From assembly GCA_038851755.1 (NCBI GenBank), contig JAWCKR010000002.1, positions 32,001 through 96,000 on the forward strand: a stretch of DNA of 64,000 nt. The letters are read 5' to 3'. Under the pieces are notes generated by a model that did no database searches, was not told the origin of the DNA, and saw nothing but the letters and a program-made list of their open reading frames with translations. This document shows positions 45,671-55,698 of this stretch, in pieces; position 1 is the first letter of the stretch, and every line of letters begins with the position of its first letter. Both the position numbers and the translations under genes were made by a program. The stretch is from Candidatus Hadarchaeales archaeon (GTDB lineage Archaea > Hadarchaeota > Hadarchaeia > Hadarchaeales > WYZ-LMO6).

Positions 45671-46477
45671 TTAAACATCTTTTACTTTTATTCCAAAGAG
45701 ACCGAAAACATTTCTCATTCTTTCTTCCCATTTTATTGCATGATTTCCGTTATAGTAAGCGCATCTGCCCTCGTAATTTTTTAGGAAATCAGGGTCTAAC
45801 TTTTTCAGTGTGCAGTAGGCTTTTTTCCATTGAAAAATAATTTTGTCAGGTTTTAGCATTTCAATTTGCCTTTTGGTGAATTTTTCATAACATTTTCTTG
45901 CCAGCTCTGGGTTTTCGTAAACATTAAAGTTTTCTTTCCCTCCTTCTTTTTTGATAACGCATCTACACTTGAAGAGGTTTATGTATGCTACCTTTTTGAG
46001 GTTGAGGAGATTAAGAAGATTACTAGCGCTTTCCTTCTCCAATCTTTTTTCAATTCTTTTTTTCTGGGTTTCGCTTAAAAGAATTTCTCCCCACTTGGGA
46101 ATATATCTCTCGCAGAATTCCATCGCATCATCGAATTTTTTCATGGATTGGTCACTGTTTTTTTCCCATTCCTCTACAAATTTTTTAAATATCTCGAACA
46201 TTTTCATGTCCTCCTCGATATATTTGATATCAAAAGCTGATGGAGCCCCACCTATAATCAGTATCTTCTGGCCTTTTCCATAATCACTTCCTAAGTATCC
46301 TCCCCAGGGTTTGAAATATTCTCCCTTTTCGGGATGTTTGGGGGAACCTTTTTCCAGACTTATAGAGCCCTTCCTTAGATTTTTTAAATTTCCTTCACAT
46401 TCTTCATCCTTGCATTTCCATATTTCTACCAAAAGTTTTGCGAATTCCTTTCTTATATGGTCATATTCGTTTTCCAT
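45671..46477 (-). CDS. Uracil-DNA-glycosylase-like superfamily protein, very AT-rich
   Basis: Y.G..Y....ILIIG.AP, AYINLFKC, QIEMLKPDKIIF, C-terminal His (NGNH). Confidence 0.55.
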   Translation of the reverse strand: MENEYDHIRKEFAKLLVEIWKCKDEECEGNLKNLRKGSISLEKGSPKHPEKGEYFKPWGGYLGSDYGKGQKILIIGGAPSAFDIKYIEEDMKMFEIFKKFVEEWEKNSDQSMKKFDDAMEFCERYIPKWGEILLSETQKKRIEKRLEKESASNLLNLLNLKKVAYINLFKCRCVIKKEGGKENFNVYENPELARKCYEKFTKRQIEMLKPDKIIFQWKKAYCTLKKLDPDFLKNYEGRCAYYNGNHAIKWEERMRNVFGLFGIKVKDV

Positions 46478-47071
46478 TTGACTACGCGAAGAATGGAAGT
46501 TGGCTGAGAATATAAATTTTTTTGCTTCCTTGAAGGAAGGGGCAAAGCTTGAAATGGAAGTAGATCATCCCACGCGGGACGTGGCTCCGTTATCTTGGGC
46601 GACATGGCAAGGAGGGGTAAGGCTGGAGTCAAGGCCGTTTACTGGGCCATGTAAATCTTCGGGGGTTCTCAATCTTTCCCTCAACCTCCAAAAACCTCAG
46701 GGATTTTGGATAAGCCTTCGAGAGGATTTCCAGTAGAATCCACCCGACAGTTGTTCTTGTCCTGCCCCGCGATGATAGTTTCCAGCAGGAGGAGCCGAGG
46801 TCGTTGGCTTTCCGCTTTCTGGAAGCCTAGCCTTGGGTTTCCCGTATGGGTCTATCATCGTGGTGTTGATGTTGTCGTCGAATAATGCGTTTAGGGGGCT
46901 TTCGACCCCGCTTTATTTTTCCAGTAATGAATGACAATCCCTTACCGGTTTTTGGTGCCTCAAGAAATTCGCCTGTTTTCCCTTTCATCCTTAGTAACGG
47001 TCGATTTGGGGTTTAGATTTCTTGGTGATTTCTTCAAATCCAGCACCAATGCCTTTCTGAAATCGAGGTGA

Positions 47072-47148
47072 TGGCGGGCCGGACGGGATTCGAACCCGTG
47101 TTCCAGGCTCCGGAGGCCTGTGTCTTATCCTGGCTGGACCACCGGCCC
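47072..47148 (-). tRNA. tRNA-Arg(CCG), CCA encoded
   Basis: GGGCCGG/CCGGCCC-G-CCA, anticodon arm CAGGC-CT-CCG-GA-GCCTG, GGTTCGAATCC. Confidence 0.95.
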
Positions 47149-47185
47149 AGAGAAAATAAAGAAAGAAAAAAATAAAGGGAAGGGT

Positions 47186-47560
47186 TTACTTTTCTGGTTT
47201 CTTCACCAGCATGGCGATTAGGGCCAGGATGGCGCCTATCAGCAGCAAGTAGGCACCGTAGCCCAGGTCCGCCGCGCCCTCGTTCAAAATTACTCCCACT
47301 GCCGAGGCCCCCGCCAGCACGGTGAAGGTGCCCATCAGGGCTTCCACGATTTCTTGGGATTTGATCATTAAGACGAGGCAGGTCAGAATCACGATTATTC
47401 CAGCTCCCAGAAGGAGGTACGGTGCCATTATGTCGGCATCTTGAGCCAGATCCCATCCCGAGGTGTCTCCCAGGGGCGAGGTGTACCAGGTGGTAAAGAC
47501 GCTCACGGTCACCAGTATGCCGCCTATCAGGCCCAGAATCGCCGCCACTTTTCGGTCCAG
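47186..47560 (-). CDS. Small multi-pass membrane protein (about 4 TM); probable CTG start
   Basis: Four hydrophobic segments, G.G.YLLL.G. SD GGAGGTGA 4 nt before CTG 47560. Confidence 0.75.
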   Translation of the reverse strand: MDRKVAAILGLIGGILVTVSVFTTWYTSPLGDTSGWDLAQDADIMAPYLLLGAGIIVILTCLVLMIKSQEIVEALMGTFTVLAGASAVGVILNEGAADLGYGAYLLLIGAILALIAMLVKKPEK

Positions 47561-47622
47561 ATTTTCACCTCCAATTGGAGTTTAAAAAGGGGGTTTATAA
47601 AGGCGATGCTCGGGAAGGCTGA

Positions 47623-47715
<93 letters not shown>

Positions 47716-47794
47716 TTTCAACTTCTCTCCTTCTCGGTTTTGAACTTTCACACAGGTCTTTTTATTCCTTGAACCACCGTTTTTTCTGAGGGCT

Positions 47795-49000
47795 TTGAAG
47801 GCTCTTATGGTGGTTTGCGACGGGCTGGCTGACCGCCCCCTGAAGGGCTGGGGACTTACCCCCCTGGAGAAGGCCGAGACCCCCCACATGGACGAGCTGG
47901 CGGCCGAAGGGATATGCGGCATGATGGACCCCATCGCGGCAGGCGTCACCCCCGGGAGTGACACCGCCCACCTCTCCCTCCTCGGTTACGATCCTTTCAA
48001 GGACTACTGCAAGAGGGGCCCCCTGGAGGCGGCGGGCGCGGGCATCCCCCTGAAAGAGGGTGACCTGGCCTTCAGGGTGAACCTGGCCACGGTGGACGGT
48101 AATCTCATCGTGCAGGACAGGAGGGCCGGGCGCATCAGGGATGGCAAGGAGCTGGAGCGGCTGTTGCAGGGGATAGAGGTGGAGGGAGTGAAGATTTTCT
48201 TCAAGAGCACCACCTCGCACAGGGCCGCCCTGGTGCTGAGGGGAAAGGGCCTCTCGGCGGGGGTCTCCACCAACGATCCCTACCGCACCGGGGTAAAGGT
48301 GGAAAAGATCAGGCCTCTGGACGCGAAGGCGAGGAAGACGGCCAGGGTGCTCAACGAGTTCATAGAAAGGGCCCACGAGCTGCTGGAGAGCGCCCCCCTG
48401 AACCTCAAGAGGAGGGAACAGGGGCTTCCCCCGGCCAACTATCTGCTGGTGAGGGGAGGTGGTATAGTACCCTCGCTGGTTCCCTTCGAAAAGAAGTTCC
48501 CCCTGAAAGGCGCCTGCGTGGCGGCCTCCGCCCTCGTGGTGGGTATCTGCAGGCTGGTGGGGATGGAGGTAGGGGAAGTGCCAACCTCGACCACCGGGGC
48601 GGACACGGACCTGGTGGCGGAGGGCAGGGAGGTGGAAAGGATGCTGGAGAAGAAGGATTTTGTCCTCTACTCCGTGAAGGGCTTTGACGAGCTGAGCCAC
48701 GACGGCCAAGCGGAGCGGAAGGTTGAGTTCATAGAGCGTTTCGACGAGCATCTCCAGCGCCTGAAGGGGAAGGCGGATTTCATCGTCCTCACGGCCGACC
48801 ACACCACACCCGTGGAGGTGAGGGAGCACACGGCGGACCCCGTGCCCGTGGTGATAGCCGGTCCCGGTGTGCGCACGGACGATGTGAGGAGCTTCGGGGA
48901 AAGGTCCTGCGCGAAGGGGGGGCTGGGAAGGATAAAGGGGCTGGAACTCCTACCCATTCTCGTGGACCTGATGGGGAAGTCCAAGAAGTTCGGGGCCTGA
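47795..49000 (+). CDS. apgM: 2,3-bisphosphoglycerate-independent phosphoglycerate mutase
   Basis: DGLADRP, TPLE.A.TP.MD, PGSDTAHL, RGPLEAAG, DRRAGRI, TADHTTP, HTADPVP. Confidence 0.92.
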   Translation: MKALMVVCDGLADRPLKGWGLTPLEKAETPHMDELAAEGICGMMDPIAAGVTPGSDTAHLSLLGYDPFKDYCKRGPLEAAGAGIPLKEGDLAFRVNLATVDGNLIVQDRRAGRIRDGKELERLLQGIEVEGVKIFFKSTTSHRAALVLRGKGLSAGVSTNDPYRTGVKVEKIRPLDAKARKTARVLNEFIERAHELLESAPLNLKRREQGLPPANYLLVRGGGIVPSLVPFEKKFPLKGACVAASALVVGICRLVGMEVGEVPTSTTGADTDLVAEGREVERMLEKKDFVLYSVKGFDELSHDGQAERKVEFIERFDEHLQRLKGKADFIVLTADHTTPVEVREHTADPVPVVIAGPGVRTDDVRSFGERSCAKGGLGRIKGLELLPILVDLMGKSKKFGA

Positions 49001-49004
49001 GCGC

Positions 49005-50426
49005 ATGTACGTGATCCTGGGAGCGAGCGATGTGGGACTGGAAGCAGCGGAGCGCCTGAGGAAGATGGGCAAGGAGGTGCTCTTCCTGGTCAACGATCCC
49101 AGGCAGGCCGACCTCCTCTCGGGCAGGGCCTTCAAGGCGGAGGTGTGGGATTCCTCCGCCGGTGCCCCCCCCCAGGTCCTGCAGGGAGCGGAGGTCCTCA
49201 TCCTGGCTCCCCAGGATCTCTCCACGGCGGAGGAGATGCTGAAAAGGGTGAAGGGGGAGGGGAGGGGCCCCTTCCCGCCCGTTCTGGCCCTCGTGCCCGA
49301 CGAGCTCTTCGGGCTGGACTTCAAGAGCATGGGGGCGGACGTGGTTCTCCCCCTCTCCCAGCTCGTGGCCGACCGGCTCCTGGCGACCCTGGAGGACCTG
49401 GAGTGTGTGAGGAGGGAGAGGGAGCTGAGGGATCTCCTCCTCTCCAGGAGGGGAAGGGGGAGGGTGCTGGTGGTCATGCAGGTCAACCCCGATCCCGACG
49501 CGCTGGCGAGCGCCGCGGCCCTGAAGAGGTACGCCAGGGCCTTCGGATTGGAGGCGGACATAGCGTGCGCCGGCGAGGTGAGCGGATACTATCAGAACAG
49601 GGTGATGAGGAACCTGCTGGAGCTGGAGCTGCTGGATCTCAAGGCGGTGGACTTTGAGAGGTACTCCCTCTGCGCCCTGGTGGACGTGTCCACTCGTTCA
49701 AACTCCGCCCTTCCGGAGGAGATCTTCCCCACCGTGGTGATAGACCACCACTCTGTACCGGCGAGCGAGGTGCAGGGGAAGTTCAAGGACATAAGGGTCA
49801 CGGGCGCGGCCTCCACCCTCCTGGCCAAGTACCTGTGGTGCGGGGGTGTGGAGGTGGATCCACCGCTGGCCGCCGCCCTGGCGCTGGGAATAGTGACGGA
49901 CACCCTCTACTTCACCAGGGGGGTCACCCGCCTGGACCTCGAGGTCTTCCAGCAGCTCCTGCAGAAGGCGGACCTGGACCTCCTGAGGAGCCTGCAGTCC
50001 CCCCTTCTCTCCCAGGATGCCTTCGATTCCCTGGCCTCCGCCCTCAGGAGGGCCAAGATCGTGGGGAGCTGCTTCCTGGCCAACCTGGGGGAGGTGGGGG
50101 ATCCGGAGTCCGTTCCACAGATCGCGGATTTCCTGCTCCAGAGAGAGGGGATCTTCCACTCCCTGGTGTACGGGGTGCACGAGGGGAGGGTGAGGATCTC
50201 CGCCAGGACGAAGGACAAGAGCGTCCACCTGGGCCAAATCTTCAGGGAGCTCTTTCCAGGTTTTGCGGGTGGCCACGCCAGCATGGCGGCTGGTTCCGTG
50301 CCCCTTCAGCAGCTCACGAGGGTCAGTCCCAAGGATAGGTCCTTCCGCGCGGCCCTCGACAGGGCGGTGGCCGCGCGCTTCCTGGCCAAGCTAGGCCTGG
50401 GCCCCAAGAGGGGAAGGCGGAAGTGA
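49005..50426 (+). CDS. TrkA-N plus DHH/DHHA1 phosphoesterase
   Basis: N-terminal Rossmann-like domain, NPDPDA, IDHH, TDT, SAR, GGH..MA. Confidence 0.85.
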   Translation: MYVILGASDVGLEAAERLRKMGKEVLFLVNDPRQADLLSGRAFKAEVWDSSAGAPPQVLQGAEVLILAPQDLSTAEEMLKRVKGEGRGPFPPVLALVPDELFGLDFKSMGADVVLPLSQLVADRLLATLEDLECVRRERELRDLLLSRRGRGRVLVVMQVNPDPDALASAAALKRYARAFGLEADIACAGEVSGYYQNRVMRNLLELELLDLKAVDFERYSLCALVDVSTRSNSALPEEIFPTVVIDHHSVPASEVQGKFKDIRVTGAASTLLAKYLWCGGVEVDPPLAAALALGIVTDTLYFTRGVTRLDLEVFQQLLQKADLDLLRSLQSPLLSQDAFDSLASALRRAKIVGSCFLANLGEVGDPESVPQIADFLLQREGIFHSLVYGVHEGRVRISARTKDKSVHLGQIFRELFPGFAGGHASMAAGSVPLQQLTRVSPKDRSFRAALDRAVAARFLAKLGLGPKRGRRK

Positions 50427-51268
50427 GCGGGGAGTACCTCAGGAGGATCCTGGAGGGAAGGCTGACCAGGGAGGAACTGGAAAAGCTCCCGAGCGGGTTT
50501 CAGAGGATAGGCCACGTGGCCGTTCTGTCCCTCCCCCGGGAACTCTGGGGAAGGAGGCGAGAAATAGGGGAGGCCCTGCTGGGCAGGAACGGGATCAGGA
50601 CGGTGGCGGCCAGAACGGGTGGGGTGGAGGGAAGGGAGAGAAGGCCCAGCCTGGAGGTGGTGGCTGGGGACCCTTCCACGGTAACCCTGCACCGGGAGCA
50701 CGGTTGCCTGTTCAGGCTCGATCCCCTTCGGGTGATGTTCTCCCCCGGCAACCTGCACGAGAGGGGCAGGCTTCCCAAGCTGGTGCGACCCGGGGAGGTG
50801 GTGGTGGACCTCTTCGCCGGGGTGGGGCAGTTCTCCATCCCCCTTGCGAGGCTCGCCCGACCCTCCAGGGTGTACGCGGTGGAGCTCAACCCCGTGGCCT
50901 ACGCCTACCTCTGCGAGAACGTGAGGCTGAACGGGGTGGGGGAGGTGGTGGTGCCCCTGCTGGGGGACTGCGAGGAGGTGGCCCCCAGGGGGGTGGCGGA
51001 CAGGGTGATCCTGGGCATCCTGCACGTGACCCACCGCTACCTCCCCTTGGCAGGTCGGGTCCTCAAGTCCTCCGGGGGTTTTTTGCACTACCACGAAAGC
51101 GTGCCCGCCCCCCTGCAGTTCAGCCGTCCTGTGCAGAGGGTGAGGGGGGCCTTCCCAGGCAGGGAGGTGGAGATCCTGGGGGTCAGGAGGGTGAAGAAAT
51201 ACTCCCCGGGGGTGGTCCACGTGGTGGTGGACGCCAGGGTGGGGCCCGAGAGGGAGGCAACTTTTTAA
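50423..51268 (+). CDS. Trm5/Taw2-family SAM-dependent tRNA-modifying transferase
   Basis: FQRIG, HREHGC.F.LD...[33 protein letters not shown]. Confidence 0.85.
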   Translation: MSGEYLRRILEGRLTREELEKLPSGFQRIGHVAVLSLPRELWGRRREIGEALLGRNGIRTVAARTGGVEGRERRPSLEVVAGDPSTVTLHREHGCLFRLDPLRVMFSPGNLHERGRLPKLVRPGEVVVDLFAGVGQFSIPLARLARPSRVYAVELNPVAYAYLCENVRLNGVGEVVVPLLGDCEEVAPRGVADRVILGILHVTHRYLPLAGRVLKSSGGFLHYHESVPAPLQFSRPVQRVRGAFPGREVEILGVRRVKKYSPGVVHVVVDARVGPEREATF

Positions 51269-51290
51269 GGCTTGGTGCGGGAGAGGGAGG

Positions 51291-51452
51291 ATGCTGAGGG
51301 TATGCAGTTCCTGTCTGCGGCCCATCGTGGCGGAGGTGGCGGTGCGCTTTTCCTGCCCCCAGTGCGGGGAAGAGGAGATCTGGAGGTGCAGGAAGTGCAG
51401 GAAGCTGAGCAACCCCTACAAGTGCTCGAAGTGCGGTTTCACCGGACCCTGA
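51291..51452 (+). CDS. DUF1610 / HVO_2753-type zinc-finger microprotein, 53 aa; absent from the ORF track
   Basis: [37 protein letters not shown]; typical position upstream of EF-1beta. Confidence 0.9.
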   Translation: MLRVCSSCLRPIVAEVAVRFSCPQCGEEEIWRCRKCRKLSNPYKCSKCGFTGP

Positions 51453-51461
51453 GGTGGTGAG

Positions 51462-51716
51462 ATGAGCAAGGTGGCCGTGACCATAAGGGTGATGCCTGAG
51501 GGGACCGAGGTGAACCTGGGCGAGCTGGAGAGGAGGATAAGGGAGCTGGTGCAGGTGAACTCCCTCTCCAGGGAGCCCATAGCCTTCGGGCTCGAGGCCA
51601 TCCTGGTGGTGGCCACGGTCCCGGACGCCGCCGGTGGCACCGAGCCCCTGGAGAAGGCGCTGGAGTCCCTCCCTGGGGTGGGGAGCGTGCAGGTGGTGGG
51701 GATCACCCTCATCTGA
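51462..51716 (+). CDS. ef1b: Elongation factor 1-beta
   Basis: VAV.IRVMPE..EV, EPIAFGL, GGTE.LE. Confidence 0.92.
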   Translation: MSKVAVTIRVMPEGTEVNLGELERRIRELVQVNSLSREPIAFGLEAILVVATVPDAAGGTEPLEKALESLPGVGSVQVVGITLI

Positions 51717-51725
51717 GGTGAGAAG

Positions 51726-52376
51726 CTGAAGCTCGATCCCAAGGTGAGTTCCCTTTACCCTGGCTTCCTGGCAGGGTGCGTGACGGTCACGGGCCTCACC
51801 GTGGAGACCTCGGTGGAGGCGCTCGAGGAGAAGAAGAGGGAGGTGGTGGAGGCGTGCAGGGCGAAGGGCGAGGCCCTCCTCGGGGAGCTCTCTCCTTACG
51901 TGGAGTTCCTGAAGCGCATGGGCGCGGAAGGGGCCTCCTTCCCCCTGAGACTCTGGGTGGAGAAGGCGGTGAAGGGGGAGTTCCCCGGCAGGAACAACAA
52001 CGTGCTGGACTCCTGTGCCCTGGCTTCCCTCGAGCACCTGGTCCCGCTCAGCCCCTTCGACCTCCTGAAGGTGAAGGGGGAGGCGGAGGTCACCCTCTCC
52101 CCGGGGGACAAGACCCTCACCCTGCCGGATGGCTCCAAGGTCTCTCCTCCTCCCACCGAGGTCGTGCTCAGGGACCAGGACAAGCTCCTCGCCTCCTACG
52201 GGAGGGGGGAGGGGACCGGCGCCAGGGTGGGCTTCGAGACCTCCGGTGCGGTCTTCGTGGCCTGGAACGCCCCTGGGGTGCCCCGCGAGAGGGTGGAGGC
52301 GGCCCTCAGGGCGGTGGCCACCTATGCCCGAAGGTACTGCGGGGGCCATGTGGAGAAGACGGAAATCCTGGGTTGA
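51726..52376 (+). CDS. B3/4 (PheT-like editing) domain protein; probable CTG start
   Basis: (M)KLDPKV..LYPG, P..NN.LD, FDL.K..G.....G, EVV.RD, TS. SD GAGGTGA 4 nt before CTG. Confidence 0.65.
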   Translation: MKLDPKVSSLYPGFLAGCVTVTGLTVETSVEALEEKKREVVEACRAKGEALLGELSPYVEFLKRMGAEGASFPLRLWVEKAVKGEFPGRNNNVLDSCALASLEHLVPLSPFDLLKVKGEAEVTLSPGDKTLTLPDGSKVSPPPTEVVLRDQDKLLASYGRGEGTGARVGFETSGAVFVAWNAPGVPRERVEAALRAVATYARRYCGGHVEKTEILG

Positions 52377-52424
52377 CCCTTCCACTTCCCCCTCCGGCGG
52401 CGCCGTGGTTTTCCGGTTCTTCCC

Positions 52425-53123
52425 TCAGAGGACGAGGGGGAGGTCGGGGTCCAGCAGGACTATCCTGGAGGTGCCGGGCAGGAAAAGGATGTTGGCTCCC
52501 CTCATGAGCACACCCCTTTTCCCGGCCTCCACCATCAGCCCGTAGAGCTCCGGGTCGGCCTGGGGGTTGGGCGTCACGCCCTTCACCCCCCAGAGGCTCG
52601 TGATGAAGAAGAGCGCACCCTTCCCACCTCTCTTCGAGAGTTCGATCAGTTCCTTCACGTGCCTCCTTCCCCTTTCCGTGGGACAGTCGGGATAGGAGGC
52701 GAGGTCGCCTGAGCGCAGGACGGCGCTCTTCAGCTCGACCACCAGAGGTTCACCGTTCTTTACCAGTTCGTAGTCCAGCACGGACCTCCCCACCCTCACA
52801 TTTCTCCTGCGCACCCTGTAGTGCCGGAGGGAGGGCAGGAGGCCCCTCGAGAGGGCCTCTTCGAAGGCCCTGCCCTGAAGGCGCGTGTCTATCACGCTTC
52901 CCCCCCTTTCCTCTTCCACGGCGAAAAGCCGGTGGGGGAGCCTCCCCCGGCCGGGCAGGCAGTAGCCCTTCCTCCCTCTCTGCACCAGTTCCTCCAGTCT
53001 TCCCGTGTTGTTGAGGGAGGCCCTGGCCCTCTTTCCCCCTGTCCTCACCTCCACCGTGAAACGGTTGACCCTCTCCAGGATCAGGCATTCGGAAACCCCT
53101 TCCAGCTCGAAGAGTTCTGTCAA
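52425..53123 (-). CDS. sfsA: DNA/RNA nuclease SfsA
   Basis: R.NRF, NTGRL.EL, LDY, VELKS, YPD.PTERGRRH..EL. Confidence 0.9.
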   Translation of the reverse strand: MTELFELEGVSECLILERVNRFTVEVRTGGKRARASLNNTGRLEELVQRGRKGYCLPGRGRLPHRLFAVEEERGGSVIDTRLQGRAFEEALSRGLLPSLRHYRVRRRNVRVGRSVLDYELVKNGEPLVVELKSAVLRSGDLASYPDCPTERGRRHVKELIELSKRGGKGALFFITSLWGVKGVTPNPQADPELYGLMVEAGKRGVLMRGANILFLPGTSRIVLLDPDLPLVL

Positions 53124-53127
53124 GCGG

Positions 53128-53460
53128 CTATTTCTTCAGCCTCAGGATGGCTTCGGCCAGGTCCCCTCCCGTCCTCTTCAGCTCCTCCCTGGCCTCCTGT
53201 TCGCTCGCCCCCGTCTGCTCCATCACCAGCCTCACGTCCTCCTCCGGCACGATCCTCTCCCTCCTCTCCCCCTCGCCCGAGATCTGGTAGGTGCGCTGCC
53301 CGCCCACCTCGGTGAGGAGGACGCTGGGGGCCGGGAGGATGATCTCCTCCCCCTTCAGCCTTATCCTGACCTCCTCCACCCCCTCGAGCTCCGTGGTCTT
53401 CATCCCCATCTGGCGCATGAGCCTCTCCAGCTGTCTGCGGTCCAGCTTTCTAGGGAACAC
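53128..53460 (-). CDS. nac: Nascent polypeptide-associated complex protein
   Basis: MRQMGM..EL.GVEEV.I, YQI.G, EEDV.LV..QTG, GDLAEAI. Confidence 0.92.
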   Translation of the reverse strand: MFPRKLDRRQLERLMRQMGMKTTELEGVEEVRIRLKGEEIILPAPSVLLTEVGGQRTYQISGEGERRERIVPEEDVRLVMEQTGASEQEAREELKRTGGDLAEAILRLKK

Positions 53461-53935
53461 CTTTTCCCCCCATTCCCCACCTCACCTTCACCGCCTTCCC
53501 GTGCTTAAACGCTTTCATTTCTTCTCCGCTCAGGAGGGCCGTTCCTGTGGCCAGGAGCCTGCCGGAGGGGTCCACCACCAGGACCTCTTCCCTGGGCCTG
53601 ATCCCCGGGTCCGCCTCCAGCACGTGCTTGGCGAAGACGGTCCTTCCCCTTTCCACCTCCCCGGCCACCTTTCCCGTCACAGTCACCCTCAGCCTCCCCG
53701 GAGGGAGGATGCGATGGAGGATCCTGGCCCCCTCGCGGTGGGGGAGGAGGAAACCGTCGGTGGCCCTCACCGAGCAGAGGGGGGTCCCTCCCCTCCACAC
53801 CTGCCTGATCCTTCCGCCGCTGACCACCACGGTGAGACCGGAGGGAAAGAGGTGCGCACCCGTTCCCCTTCCGAACTGGTAGTCGGCCACGGCCCTGAGC
53901 TTGAGGAGTTCGCGGGAAGTGGGTTCCCTTATCAT
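53450..53935 (-). CDS. PUA-domain protein (ArcTGT C-terminal-like)
   Basis: R.VADYQFG.G, R..DG, G.TVFAKHV..ADP.IRP.EEV.VV, A.G.A, AVKVR. Confidence 0.85.
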   Translation of the reverse strand: MIREPTSRELLKLRAVADYQFGRGTGAHLFPSGLTVVVSGGRIRQVWRGGTPLCSVRATDGFLLPHREGARILHRILPPGRLRVTVTGKVAGEVERGRTVFAKHVLEADPGIRPREEVLVVDPSGRLLATGTALLSGEEMKAFKHGKAVKVRWGMGGKGVP

Positions 53936-53946
53936 CCGCCTGACCC

Positions 53947-54660
53947 TCAGATGTAGGGGCTCTCTCCGGAAGACTCGGGCTCTGGGGGAAGCCTCAGGTC
54001 GGGGAGTTCGGAGGCGTACCTGTCCAGGTTCTCCACCCTCAGACCGAGTCCGTAGACCTCCGAGAGAAGACGCAGGATGTGGGAGGAGGCCTCCAGGTCC
54101 AGCATTCCCCCGTGCGTGGCGCCCATCAGGCATATCCCCTCCCAGCCCCGGAGGGCCGCCAGCCCCACCAGCAGCCCGTTCATGCCCACGATCATACCCC
54201 CGTCCAGCGCCACGGCCCCCTTCTCCCAGAACTCCTTGAAGGCCCGTGGGTTGGTGGCGGCGGCGAACACCCCCTTCTTCCTCTCCTGGGGGGGGAGGAC
54301 GTAGGCCGCCATCGTTATCACCGTGTTCACGCCGTAGCCCTTCACGGTGTCCAGCAGCTGGTCGGAGAGCTTGTACTGCCCGAAGGGGGAGATGGCCTGG
54401 GCGTCGGAGGTTGCCAGGATCAGGTTCTTCCCCCCCGCCCTGGCCCGGTAGAGCCTTATCCTGAAGGCGCTCACCCCGCTGCCCTCCCTGATCACCCACT
54501 CGGGGAGGTGGGAGGAATAGACCTCCATGAAGGTTTTGGCCCTGAGCTCATGGATGAGGAACTCGGCCGAGACCCTTCCCACGTTGGCTATTCCCGGGAA
54601 GCCCGCGATCAGGAGGGGTGCCTTGAAGGTCCGTTGGTCCAGTCGGTTCAGGAGGAGCAT
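53947..54660 (-). CDS. PAC2-family proteasome assembly chaperone
   Basis: GFPGIANVG, SD.Q, G.IVGMNGLL, CLMG.T.G. Confidence 0.85.
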   Translation of the reverse strand: MLLLNRLDQRTFKAPLLIAGFPGIANVGRVSAEFLIHELRAKTFMEVYSSHLPEWVIREGSGVSAFRIRLYRARAGGKNLILATSDAQAISPFGQYKLSDQLLDTVKGYGVNTVITMAAYVLPPQERKKGVFAAATNPRAFKEFWEKGAVALDGGMIVGMNGLLVGLAALRGWEGICLMGATHGGMLDLEASSHILRLLSEVYGLGLRVENLDRYASELPDLRLPPEPESSGESPYI

Positions 54661-54741
54661 CCTCCTTCCTCGTCCTCCCCGGATTTATACGGGTGGGGTT
54701 CGCGGGATAGGGATATGAGGGGAGGGGTCCTGGAGGTATGG

Positions 54742-55698
54742 ATGGATACTGTCCAGGTGGGGGAGGGGGAGATCTCGGTGCAGCCCCTCGCCTTCGAGAG
54801 CCTGGGGGTGAGGGGGATGGCCCTCCACGTGAGAACGGAGGACCTGGGAATGGTGCTGGACCCAGGCTCCTGTCTGGGCCCGAGGTTCGGCCTCACCCCC
54901 CACCGGAGGGAGTACCGGGCCCTCTCCTCCTCCCGGGAGCTCATCCAGAGGGCGGCGAGGAGGGCCGAGGTCCTGACGGTGAGCCACTTCCACTACGACC
55001 ACTACCTGCCGGCGTTCGAGAACTGGCTCTGGCTCTGGAGCTCCCCCTCGCTGGCGGAGAGGCTCTACAGGGGGAAGATGGTCCTGATGAAGGATTTCTC
55101 CTCCAGCATCACTCCCTCCCAGAGGAAGAGGGGATACCTCCTGAAGAAGTTCTGCTCGGGGCTGGCCAGGGAGGTCCAGGTGGCCGACGGGCGGAAGTTC
55201 AGGTTCGGGGGCACCGAGCTCGAGTTCTCAAATCCCGTCCCCCATGGCAGGGAAGGGTCCAGGGGAGGGTGCGTGCTCATGCTCTCCGTGAGGGCGGGGG
55301 ATTGCTGCCTGGTCCACGCCCCCGACGTGCAGGGGCTCCTCTCACCCTCTTCCCTCTCCTTCATCCTGAGGAGGGAGCCCCGGATGGTGGTGGTGGGGGG
55401 GCCACCCCTCTACCTGAAGGGTTTCGGGGTGGGGCAGGGGGAGCTCGAGGAGGCGAGGGAGACCCTGAGGAGGCTGGTCAGGAAGGTACCCCTCGTGGTG
55501 GTGGATCATCACCTGCTTCGCTCGCTGGACTACGCCGAGTACCTTTCCCCCCTCAGGAAGGAAGCGGAAGGGAGAGGGCACAGGCTCTGCACGGCGGCAG
55601 AGCTCTTGGGGAGAGAACCCGAGCCGCTGGAGGCCAGGAGGAGGGAGCTTTATGGCTTGGAGCCAGAGGCGGGTCAGCCTCCCTCAAGCCCTTCGTAG
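54742..55698 (+). CDS. UPF0282-family MBL-fold hydrolase
   Basis: PLAFESLGVR.M, DPG..LGP.RFGL.PH, SHFHYDH, PHG, DVQG, GGPP.YL, DHHLLR. SD GGAGGT before ATG 54742. Confidence 0.85.
   Translation: MDTVQVGEGEISVQPLAFESLGVRGMALHVRTEDLGMVLDPGSCLGPRFGLTPHRREYRALSSSRELIQRAARRAEVLTVSHFHYDHYLPAFENWLWLWSSPSLAERLYRGKMVLMKDFSSSITPSQRKRGYLLKKFCSGLAREVQVADGRKFRFGGTELEFSNPVPHGREGSRGGCVLMLSVRAGDCCLVHAPDVQGLLSPSSLSFILRREPRMVVVGGPPLYLKGFGVGQGELEEARETLRRLVRKVPLVVVDHHLLRSLDYAEYLSPLRKEAEGRGHRLCTAAELLGREPEPLEARRRELYGLEPEAGQPPSSPS

Larger units (their letters stand above)
37300..47071. mobile_element. Putative horizontally acquired island abutting the 3' end of tRNA-Arg(CCG); no integrase seen, boundaries approximate
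   Basis: Visible drop in GC and change in codon usage, long non-coding gaps, a gene relic and accessory genes; ends at a tRNA 3' end. Confidence 0.5.

Noticed and set aside
46480-47070. Integrase remnant next to the tRNA
   Set aside because: The short frames I translated showed no tyrosine- or serine-recombinase motifs; left unannotated.
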